A stretch of 64,000 nt of DNA, from positions 101,308,001 through 101,372,000 of the forward strand of contig OX597819.1 in assembly GCA_951406725.2 (NCBI GenBank), in the 5' to 3' direction. The notes below the pieces were generated by a model, which was given only the letters and a program-made list of their open reading frames with translations, was not told where the DNA came from and ran no database searches. Source of the DNA: Octopus vulgaris. Taxonomy: Eukaryota. Both the position numbers and the translations under genes were made by a program. Shown here in pieces: positions 53,401-64,000 of this stretch. The first letter of the stretch is position 1, and each line of letters opens with the position of its first letter.

Positions 53401-54736
53401 TCGTCTGATAAACTACATACATAAATAGCCAAGCGTTTGAGGGGGGGGGATACAATTATACTCTTCTAAGTTCACTCGTGCCGTGGGGCACTTTGATAAA
53501 GACTTTTTTTTACCCATCTTTCTCATTAAAATTTAGAAGATGTAGACTCTACGGTTGCTAATCGGATCTGGGGTTATTTGTATTTTTTTTTTTTGCGCAT
53601 GTTCGTGTAATAGATTTTGTCAACCTCTTCCCCCTATCAGAAGATCCTGTATGAAATTCTTTGTATCTCTTTATATTCAAGTTATGTTCTTGTAAAGTAA
53701 TATGGAATTTGAGCATTACTCATCTGAGTTCTTGATAACATTGTACAAGATTTGATGCTCAGGAAAAATGGAAGAACTCTTTGACATCTCCATCCTATGC
53801 TCTTGTAATTCTACAGAAAAGAATGAGGAGAGAGAACAGATGAAGAGTAGAAAAAATGAGGAGAAAACAAACATATCTGGATTAAGGGTTGCACATATTG
53901 AATTCATATCATTGCACTAGTTTGATATTTATTTGGTCGCCAATTGTTTAATCGCCTACCTTAAATAATCGGAAATATAAAAAGAACTTCTACTGAAACA
54001 CAAAAGGGGGAAAATCTTTGGATGAACTCCCAACGACGATACCGGAGCAGCTAACGATTCAAGGATATACTCATGGAAGATCTACTACTAGAAACACAAT
54101 CATAGACCAACATCCGGACAGAACGACACAGCAAAACTGAAAGAAAATATATTAAGGCTGCTCTCCAGCATAGCTACGGTCTTACGAATAAGACCATTAG
54201 AAGAATAAAAGAAAGCATATATATATGTGAAGATGTAGTGGTGGCAGTGATAACAGTGGTGGTGGTGATGGCGGTGGAGATAGCTGCGCTGTCGGCAGCG
54301 GCGGTGGTAGTGGTTGTTGGTGTTGTTGTTGTTGTGATCGTGGTGGTGATGGTGGTTTGATGATGATGGCGATGATTTGTGTTAAATCAAAGGTGACAAT
54401 AGTAAAATGTGTGCAGAAGAAAGTGATGAAAAACAAATAAAGAAAAACGAAAAAAGAAAAGAAAAAGGGGATATGTGTGCGTGAAAGAGTGACAAAGAGA
54501 AAGAGAGAGAAAGGGGTAAGACGGTCAGAGACAGAAATGCGTTGAAATAGAAATGGAAAAGGCTATAGCTTAAAGGGGGCAGAAAGAAAAGAGGGATTGC
54601 AAATAAATGAGTGATTTGGAGAGTAAAGAGATTATAGGAACACATACGAAGGGAGGGAGAGAGAGATGCAGAGATAGAGGGAGAGAAATGGGGATATAAA
54701 TATGAGTAAGAATAGTGTCTTGGTATATAAATACAC

Positions 54737-54802
<66 letters not shown>

Positions 54803-54816
54803 ATAAATAAATAGAG

Positions 54817-54865
<49 letters not shown>

Positions 54866-55062
54866 TAGTTACAGAGAAAGAGAGGGAGAGAAATGGAGAG
54901 AGAGAGAAAAAGGGTGTATTTTATGTTTATATGTGTATATGTACATATGCACACACAGATATATATATATATATATATATTTATGCCTATACATATATAT
55001 GAATATATAGATATATAATATTACACACACAAACACACATACACATACGTACACAAATAAAC

Positions 55063-55138
<76 letters not shown>

Positions 55139-55320
55139 CTATATATATATAAAAGTGCGTATGTGTGCATGTTTTGTATATAATTTTTGTTCTCTGTTTC
55201 CTTTTATCTATCAATATGAGTACATGTCTATATTGTGTGTGTATATATATATATGTGTGTGAGTGTGTATATACATATATACAAAACTACATATATTTAC
55301 AAAGATACATATATGTGTGT

Positions 55321-55371
<51 letters not shown>

Positions 55372-55884
55372 TACATATGTATATGTATACATGCGTACTT
55401 CCATACAAAGAGAGAGGTACAAGAGGTAGTGGAGGGACAGTTAAATAAATCTACCAAACAACACTACAGAGTTATTTACGTAGAAATGTAAATAAATCCA
55501 ATGTGATAGATTCCGTTGCATTTACGGAAATAGACGGGTTTCTATATTGAAAAGTTCCACGGGGAAAGGTCATCTGTGCTGTTGACCTTGAATCATGCGT
55601 GAGGTCCTACCGGTTTGCGTGGGTGGGTGGTCTAATGAGATGGATGACAAGAAATATAATTCATGCTGGAGTGGACGAAATTTATTTCTACAGATATGTT
55701 TCAGATGTAAAGCTAGTAGCGAATAAGGGTGGAGAGAGAAAGAAAGGATGAAGAATAAAGGAAGGAAAGAGAGAGAGAGAGAGAAAAGAAAAAGTGAGTA
55801 GGAGAGAGATACCTACACAGACAAACACACAGATAGACAAATACATAAAATAACAGGTTGATATATTGAGAGCATACTCTATCT

Positions 55885-56089
55885 TTTCCTCTTTTACTTG
55901 TTTCAGTCATTTGACTGCGGCCATGCTGGAGCACTGCCTTTAATCGAGACTATAGACTCAAGGACTTAGTCTTTGCGAGCCTGGTACTTATTCGATTGGT
56001 CTCTTTTTGCGAACCGCTAAGTTACGGGAATGTAAACACACCAGCATCGGTTGTCAAGCGATGTTGGGAGAACAAACGCAGACACACAA

Positions 56090-56140
<51 letters not shown>

Positions 56141-56305
56141 CATATATACATATATACGACGGTTTTCTTTCAGTTTCCGTCTACCAAATTCACTTACAAG
56201 GCTTTGGTCGGCCCGAGACTATAGTAGAAGACACTTGCCCAAGGTGCCACGCATTGGGACTGACCTCGGAACCATGTGGTTGGTAAACAAGCTACTTCCA
56301 CATTA
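55885..56305 (-). mobile_element. SINE family C, full
   Basis: Colinear with 7543-7956. Confidence 0.9.
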
Positions 56306-56494
56306 GCAATTTCATGTCAGGCATGTATACATATGTTTGTGTGTGTGTGTATGTGTGTATGTTACAATATGTTATATGTGTGTATGTTACAATATTCTCA
56401 AAGGTTATCGAGAGAGACAGAGAGGGAGACAGAAAGAGAGAGTGAATGACAGAGATATAGAAACAGACAGATGGAGAGCCAGGCATAGAGAGAC

Positions 56495-56657
<163 letters not shown>

Positions 56658-57636
56658 GTATACATGACCCTTAACTTCTCATGCAGTCGTAGTGACGCCG
56701 TCCTGTCATATAGTTTGTCTCTATCACATTAAGCCCAGTGTTGTCCACCCCTCTCTTTGATGGGCACCCTGACCAAGTTGATTCCATCTGTTGAGGTAAT
56801 GCAATGTGGTCACTGCTGTTTATCAAAGTAGTCCGCCTAACTCCACATTGGAAAAAGTAATTTAGCCAATATCTAAAATAGAAAGAGATAGAATAACAAC
56901 ACGAAACATTGGCAATTTCATGACAAGCAATCATAAAACATACCTATTTTTAAAAAAGATTTATCAACAAGTACCTTACAGTATGTATAGAGGATGTTTA
57001 TTCAATTGACAGAAATTAAGGGTCTCATTCATGTGTGCGTGTGTGTATGTGGGGGGAGGTGAATAGAGATGGATGCCGGATTTATCTAATGTTTATATGT
57101 ATCCATATTTGCATGTTCTGGACCTTTTTCACATTCTATCTCACAATACCATTACGTAATTCTGAGCACCCAGAAACAGCTGTCGGACCGGGATTACCAT
57201 ACCTACTATTTTTTGTTTTTCGGTGCCTTTCTACACAGTGTAAATCTGCTGCCTTAATATATATCTATATATCCACAAATACATACATATATTTATATAT
57301 ATATATCTGTATGTACGTATGTGTGTATACATGTATGTATGCATGCATGTATATATATAGGTATGAATGTATTCAAAATTATCTGGATAATCGTCTCTTC
57401 ACGTTCATTTAAAAGCTCCTGTACTGTTATCGGCTACCACATGCAATTCTTTAAAAGCAATCTACTAGATGAAATGCCGTCACACAGCTGCCTCTGTAAC
57501 ATATGTCTTTATGTAATTATTTATAAAACAGCTAATGTAATGGTATGAGACTGAAAATTCTTACAGCTATTGCCACTGCACTGAAACGAATGTAATTTGA
57601 AATTAAGGCCTGTTTATTCCATTCTTGTTGTATAAA

Positions 57637-57683
<47 letters not shown>

Positions 57684-57709
57684 ATGAGTATGTATCCTGT
57701 GTTGGTGTG

Positions 57710-58050
57710 TTTGTGTCTCAGTAAAATTTTATTGAACTTTGGGTGAATGTTGCGAAAATGGCTCGTAAGAATGTGCCTACTCTTAATCGTCTGTAAGCCG
57801 GGGCTGCTGAGGGGAAAAGGAGTTGCCGTCCTGCGGTCGGAGTGACCAGGATGTGTTGGTTGAGCTGGTTGGGACTCCCCACTATTGGAGAATTTTTTTG
57901 TTAGTTTTTTTTTGTTGCTGTTTTCGTTTTTTATTGTTTGCCTGTTTTCTGTTTTAAAATCCATTTGTCCCTTGTTTTCTGTTGTCCTGTATATATTTGC
58001 GTTCGCACTTTGTAGTCAATAAAGGATGGACTACTACTACTACTACTACT
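57710..58050 (+). mobile_element. Probable L1/Tx1-like LINE 3' end
   Basis: FIELWVNVAKMARKNVPTLNRL* then GC-richer and T-rich 3' UTR, aataaa and (CTA)n tail. Confidence 0.45.
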
Positions 58051-58669
58051 AATTTCTGGCATGCACAAAATTATCGAAATCTACTGCTGCTAGCATTTAT
58101 CTCCCTCATGAAATAACACAAATGTTTTGGATTATTTGATTCGATTTCGTAAATGTGTCTACGTTCCCAGGATAGTATTAAAAAAGATAGGATCGTTACC
58201 ACCATATTGCTATAAAGAATGTCGCGTTAGATTGAAACAAGTTTTTATAAACGTTCGTTAAAATTAACTACGATTGCAAAGTACAAACTTTTGTCCTGAA
58301 ACTTGAAACTTCGACTCAAAAAGAAAAAAAATCGTTATCTTACGAACGCGCAGCCAAAACGCATTGGGAATAAATATGCAGGTCATTGTTTCGATTCTTG
58401 CTGTCCATCATGCAAATAACAATTTATCATCACTAGAGATTTGTTAAGTATGAATACAGAATCACCAAAATGTCTACAAGGGTGGAGGGTGATTCAAACG
58501 GTTAATCGGTCTCAGTAAATGACTGATAGACATTTCATTCAGCCCCAAATGAACCAGTATGGGATTGCTCAGTCGGAAATAACACATCACCCTCAAACTA
58601 CAACCGGGTGCATCGAACAATATAGTTCTTGATAAGCAATGCAAATACATACAATATATAACATATATG

Positions 58670-58727
<58 letters not shown>

Positions 58728-58728
<1 letters not shown>

Positions 58729-59289
58729 TGGGTTGTCCGGAAAGTTCGTGCCGATTTTCAAAGGAAAGAAAAAGGTCAATAAATACCATTATATTTTTAA
58801 TCAACCAAATATGAAACATTTTGTTGCACAATACGTCTCCATCTTTCCTTTAACTTTAAAATACCCTCTTTCCAGAATTGAGGTGGTTTCATGGCAAAGA
58901 ATTCATCAAGGTATCTTTTTACGTCATACATGGAATTGAAATTTTTACCATTAAGACTATTCTGCAGAGACCTGAATAAGTGGACATCCGAAGGAGCAAT
59001 ATCTGGTGAATATGGAGGGTGGGGTAACACATGCCAGCCGAGCTGCAGCAATTTTTGTCTGGTTCCCAAAGCATCAAATGCTGAAAATGAACTTTCTTAT
59101 CTTCCATTTTAAAGAGTTACAGAATTAACACAGGTTATAGGAACATAAACCTTCTTCCACGAAAAGATAGCTTAAACTGTGCTCTAAATGGAAGTGTAAT
59201 CAAATACTATTTTATGGATTCAACCATGTTCTAAAATAAGTCGAAAATTACGCTACTATAAATCGGCTCGCACTTTCCGAACAACCCAA
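58728..59289 (-). mobile_element. Internally deleted mariner (562 bp), mellifera-like
   Basis: TIRs ttgggttgtccggaaagttcgtgccgattt / aaatcggctcgcactttccgaacaacccaa with TA flanks; MEDKKVHFQHLML fused to LGWHVLPHPPYSPDIAPSDVHLFRSLQN..ERWRRIV. Confidence 0.93.
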
Positions 59290-59393
59290 TATATGTGTAT
59301 ATATATATATATATATATTCCAAGGTAGGCGACTGTGGCTAACCTACCCTGAAATAAAAAAGGAACATTTTTCAGTTTACCGTACATCGATAT

Positions 59394-59637
59394 TTTTTTT
59401 TTTTTTTTTTTTTTTTGTACTTGTTTCAGTCATTTGACTGCGGCCATGCTGGAGCACCGCCTTTAGAGTGGTGAAAGAGTAGAGCAGGGATCACCACCTC
59501 CTGCCGGAGCCTCGTGGACCTTTGAGGTGTTTTTTTCGCTCAATAAACACACACAACGCCTTGTCTGGGAATCGAAACCGCGATCCTCCGACCGCAAGTC
59601 CGCTGCCCTAACCACTAGGCCATTGCGCCTCCACTAT
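59394..59637 (-). mobile_element. Chimeric SINE: family-A head and middle + family-C tail + poly(A)
   Basis: Minus strand tggaggcgcaatggcctagtgg...ctctttcaccactct|aaaggcggtgctccagcatggccgcagtcaaatgactgaaacaagtac(a)n. Confidence 0.9.
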
Positions 59638-60219
59638 GAAAAATTTTTCACAACCTTCCGTCTTAATAAACCACGGTTGTCCCTGAAATTTGTTTTTATA
59701 TTTACTACGGATTTCTTGAAGCGAACTCGATCCCTGGATCTCATATATATATATATATATCAGTTGTCTGATAGTCAAGAATTATATTCTTTTGATTAGG
59801 ATTCATTTCAATCAGGGCCAAACTGGGTGCCAAACAACAATCAACGAAATATGAAAGGAAAAGTCGACTCCAGTGTAAGTTGGAATCTGAATGTCAAGTG
59901 AGGTAACCAGATGCAGCAAATTATTTTGATTCCGTCGGTTCTGCCACCGATCACCCTCTTATTAACAATCTTGCCACTTTGCTAAGATGCAGTAGCCAAG
60001 GATGTCTCTATTTCATAATAATATTTATTGTTGTTTTCATAGTTATCGATAATCTTGTATATGTCTACCGTGCCATTTAGTACTCGGTTTTATTTTGAAA
60101 ATCAAATGAACATCATTGGGTTTCATCAAATTGATAAATTTATTTTAAAGACATTACTAACACGGTGTTTATATATTTAACTCAACTATTATAACTATAC
60201 TGCTCACTACGAATACTCC

Positions 60220-60275
60220 TCTCCTCCTCCTCCTCCTCCTCCTCCTCCAACTACTACTACCACCAACACCACTAA

Positions 60276-60336
<61 letters not shown>

Positions 60337-60352
60337 GCTACTACTGCTGCTG

Positions 60353-60398
<46 letters not shown>

Positions 60399-60845
60399 CG
60401 CTTCTGATGCTACTACTGCTTCTGTTGCTACTACTGCAAATGATGATTATGATGATGATGATGATGCGCAGGCAGGGAGGGAGGAGGATGAAGGGGAGGA
60501 AGTGCATAGCGAAATATGTAGCGGTTGCAGAATAAGGCAAAATTTACAAGCGACAAGAATAACACGAATGTGCATGAAGAAAAAAAAAACAGAATGGGAG
60601 AGATATCGTAATCGATTTAAGTCGTCAAGTGTTATCATCGCCGTCTCCGTCGTCGTCCCCATCACCACCACCTCCATCATCCTCATTCTCATCCTCATCC
60701 TCATCATCATCATTATCATCACAACCACCACCACCACCAACATCATCATCGTCGTCATCACCACTACCACCACCACCTCCGTCTCTTTCATTGTCACTGT
60801 TGTCTTCATCATCCCCATCACCTCTTCTATCATTATCATCACCAT
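60220..60845. repeat. Compound trinucleotide low-complexity tract (CCT/CTA/CAT/CAC)
   Basis: Directly visible. Confidence 0.9.
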
Positions 60846-61537
60846 TAATCTAGTCTCACACACAAAGACCAAATATCAATAAGAGTTATCGAGAGGAAGC
60901 TTATTTCGTTATTTGTCACAACAACAACATCTGGATAAAATACCTATAGGATACCATTTAATTGTTCCAACACATGTTTTAGTTCAGAAACGAATTTTGC
61001 TGTCAAAGACGTTCCAAATTTCGCATATCACTTTCGCTAGATTTCCGAACAAAGCTTTTAATGGATTATGTTAATCCTCTGTCGTTAATGGACACATGTC
61101 ACCACAATTTGCCACATCTCCTTGTTGTTGTTGTAATTGTTGTTGTTTTGTTCTGTATGGATGGACTGTTAGCTCTATGGATTTTACATGATTCGTGAAG
61201 AATTAAGAAGTCGAATTGTCAGTAAGCCGCACAGTAACCCAGTTCTGTTTCTCACTGAAGGATAATTTTCTCTGTGTTGACAGTTTACTTTTGGTATAGA
61301 TCTTTCATTAACATCTATCACACAAAATGTAGGCTTCTGAATCAAATTTTAAACTGGAATTATTTTCTTATTTAGCACAAGGACATTCCATTTAAAAGAG
61401 GGGTGTAATTGATTGAATGAAACTCTATATTACTTTATCGATCACTTTAGTATAAAAGACAAGAGCTCCCCTGACACGATTTGAAGTCAGTCATAAAGCG
61501 ACGTAGTTAAGCATGTAGCCACATTCAAACAGCTTCA

Positions 61538-62242
61538 AAGGTGGCGAAGTGGCAGAAACGTTAGCACGCCGGGCGAAATGCTTAGTGCTATTTCGTCTGC
61601 CGTTACGTTCTGAGTTCAAATTCCGCCAAGGTCGACTTTGCTTTTCATCCTTTCGGAGTCGATTAAATAAGTACCAGTTATGCACTGTGGTCGATATAAT
61701 CGACTTAATCCGTTTGTCTGTCCTTGTTTGTCCTCTCTGTGTTTAACCCCTTGTGGGCAGTAAACAAATAGGTATTTCGTCTGCCGCTACGTTCTGAGTT
61801 CAAATTCCGCCGAGACCGACTTTGCCTTTCATCCTTTCGGGGTCGATTAAATAAATACCCGTTACGCACTGGGGTCGATATAGTCGACTTAGTCCCTTTG
61901 TCTGTCCGTGTTTATCCTCTCTGTGTGTAGCCCCTTGTGGGCAGTAAAGAATTAAGAAACGTTAGCACGCCGGTTGAAATGCTTAGCAGTATTTCGTATG
62001 TCCCTACGTTCTGAGTTTAAATTCCGCCAAGGTCGACTTTGCCTTTCATCCTTTCGAAGTCGATAAATTAAGTACCAGTTACGCACTGAAGTCGATGTAA
62101 TCGACTTAATCCTTTTGTCTGTCCTTGTTTGTTGCCTCTATATTTAGCCCCTTGTGGGCAACAAATAAATAAGAAACGTTAGCACGCCGAGCGAAATGCT
62201 TACCGGTATATTGTCTGTCTTTATGTTCTGAGTTCAATTCCG
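61538..62242 (+). mobile_element. SINE family D tandem tetramer (last unit truncated)
   Basis: Bodies start at 61587, 61771, 61988 and ~62205; partial heads (gaaacgttagcacgcc) at 61956 and 62173. Confidence 0.93.
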
Positions 62243-62249
62243 ATGAATC

Positions 62250-63500
62250 TTTTTATTTTCTTGAACTTCATAAAAGTAGATATTGTTTATACATACCTTG
62301 AAGAGAAACAGTCCCAATGCAGTCCCTTGTGGTATAACATTGGGGACATTTACTAGGCTTCAATAAATTTCATCGATCAGAACATGCTGGATTGTACTCA
62401 CCTTTAGGTACTTGACTCAGTGCAGCAGAATTCCACAGATAGACTTTGCCAAATGTAGGAAGAGGTGATGGACTGTACCAAATGTAGGAAGAGGTGATCG
62501 ACTCTGCTCAAAGCCTTGCTAAAGTTGGGATATATAACATCAATATTTGGATCTTTCTCCCAAATATTTTAGGATATCCTCAGATATTCAAAGAGTTTGA
62601 CCAAAGTTGAACAATCTCTGTCACAAAGAAAACATGTCAGTTGGAATTTAGGAGATAGTTACTCTCCATGAATCCAGTTATTCTTGATGTCACCTAAATT
62701 TTCAAATAATGTGACTAGGTGATAGTTAACTGTAAGACATGAAGACTGGGATGACTGAAGGAGATGAATGGAGGAGATTGGAGGAGATGTATATTGGTGT
62801 CTACAGTCTTTTAGGAATCTATCTGGGTTAAAGAATAATGTTCACTTTTGATAATTACTGCCATGATATCTGTGACAAAGGAAGTTGTGTTGGAGATATG
62901 TTAAACGATAACTTCTTAGAAATAACCAGTCAATCTCAATATCAATAAAGACAAAGCAATATTGTTTCTGCAGGACCTCTGCTACTTCTTACGTGTCCTG
63001 ATGGAGAATGTTCTGATTATCTGTCAGTAGACCGATGGGTGAGTCAGCGGGCCTATGTTTGTTGATAAACGAAGAGATCATTTTTGGTTTATGTTTTATT
63101 TCTTAATAACCCAGTCCTGTTCTGCAACCGTTTGATTGTTGATGTATATTTGTATACTATCCTGTACACGCTTTTCAACTCAAGCGTTCTTGAATTGCAT
63201 CAATGAATGCAGATGATAGTAGTGTTTAAATGTGTAACCATTTTTTATTCAGTCTTTCGGTTTTCCTGATGAATGATTTTTCTTTTTTCCTTCAATCTTG
63301 AGAGCTTCTATTTTTAGTAACGTAATTTGTCCGGGTATAATTTGAATATATATTGGTTCACAATGGAAAATAGAGCGTGATCAAGAAAAACTGGAAACAC
63401 ATTACTATCAGCGGTGTATGACAACATCCGATAATCTGGTCGATACGGTAATACAATGATTAACACTGTCATATATCGTTACGTTTTGCTGCCAGAAAAT
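62250..63500 (-). pseudogene. Decayed CR1/L2-group LINE ORF2 (RT, possibly the endonuclease end)
   Basis: VNYHLVTL (NYRPISL), IDVIYPNFSKALSRVDH (YLDFSKAFD.VDH), VIPQGTALGLFLFKVCINNI (GVPQGS.LGP.LF.IYINDL). Confidence 0.8.
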
Positions 63501-64000
63501 TCTATGTTTGCTTCTTGCCTTAAGAAAACAAACGGGTGCGACACAAAATGTCATACATACTTTCACTATTTCCTTCTACGTTCTCATTTCAGATCTTGGT
63601 CACGGTGAAATTTTATCCCCAGTTAACTGGCGAACACTCTGAATTCCGCTAAAGTTCATCCTACGATAGATTCCTTACACTCTGGCTTCAGAGCTCATGT
63701 CAAACTAATTAATTCCAGCTTCTCACATTTTCTTATTACTTGGGTAGTCAAGCAGGGTTGTTGCATGCTAGCATCAACATTATTCCCACCAGAGTTGAAC
63801 ACTTATGTACCTTTCAAGTACCATACCCATTGAAACCGATGGCTTTCAAGGTGTTTGTAAAATTGTCATACTACCTCTGTGTACTTAACGAAGGTGGTAC
63901 CCTTGGTTCACAGTAATAAAGAAATTATAAGTCACAAAGAAAAACCTGTGTCAACAGTGTGTTTTTGGCATTCATATCTGTTTAGCTTACATCGCTAATG

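Noticed and set aside
55568-55589. AGGTCA-n10-TGACCT nuclear-receptor-like inverted half-sites
   Set aside because: A single short motif with atypical spacing is expected by chance in 64 kb.
61538-62242. Regular repeats superficially like a CRISPR array
   Set aside because: Long units without unique spacers, eukaryotic SINE homology, no cas genes.

Overview
AT-rich, microsatellite-saturated eukaryotic DNA with no recognisable host protein-coding gene. Almost all ORF-track entries are translations of (TA)n, (CA)n, (TAGA)n or trinucleotide repeats. The repeat content (tRNA-derived SINEs, R4/Dong, RTE, CR1-like and Tx1-like LINE remnants, Penelope-like elements, mariners) looks like an octopus/coleoid intron or intergenic region; the taxon is an inference from recalled repeat families. 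Real protein-like sequence comes only from decayed transposons: two Penelope-like (RT + GIY-YIG) remnants, a full-length frameshifted mariner, an internally deleted mariner and several LINE fragments. The most interesting signals are: (i) several type I hammerhead ribozyme motifs, three well formed and three degenerate, in short non-coding Penelope-type modules next to (TA)n, some tied to long AT-rich fold-back palindromes (38.9-40.8 kb, 31.7 kb); (ii) a twin-priming-type 5' inversion in a Penelope-like element; (iii) a SINE family that occurs as tandem multimers with recurrent junctions; (iv) module swapping between SINE families; (v) a ~555-bp (AAT)n-embedded element with no recognisable head; (vi) two adjacent Helitron-like units with a shared 3' end. 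Coordinates were read by eye and boundaries of degenerate repeats are approximate. SINE family labels A-D are my own working names.
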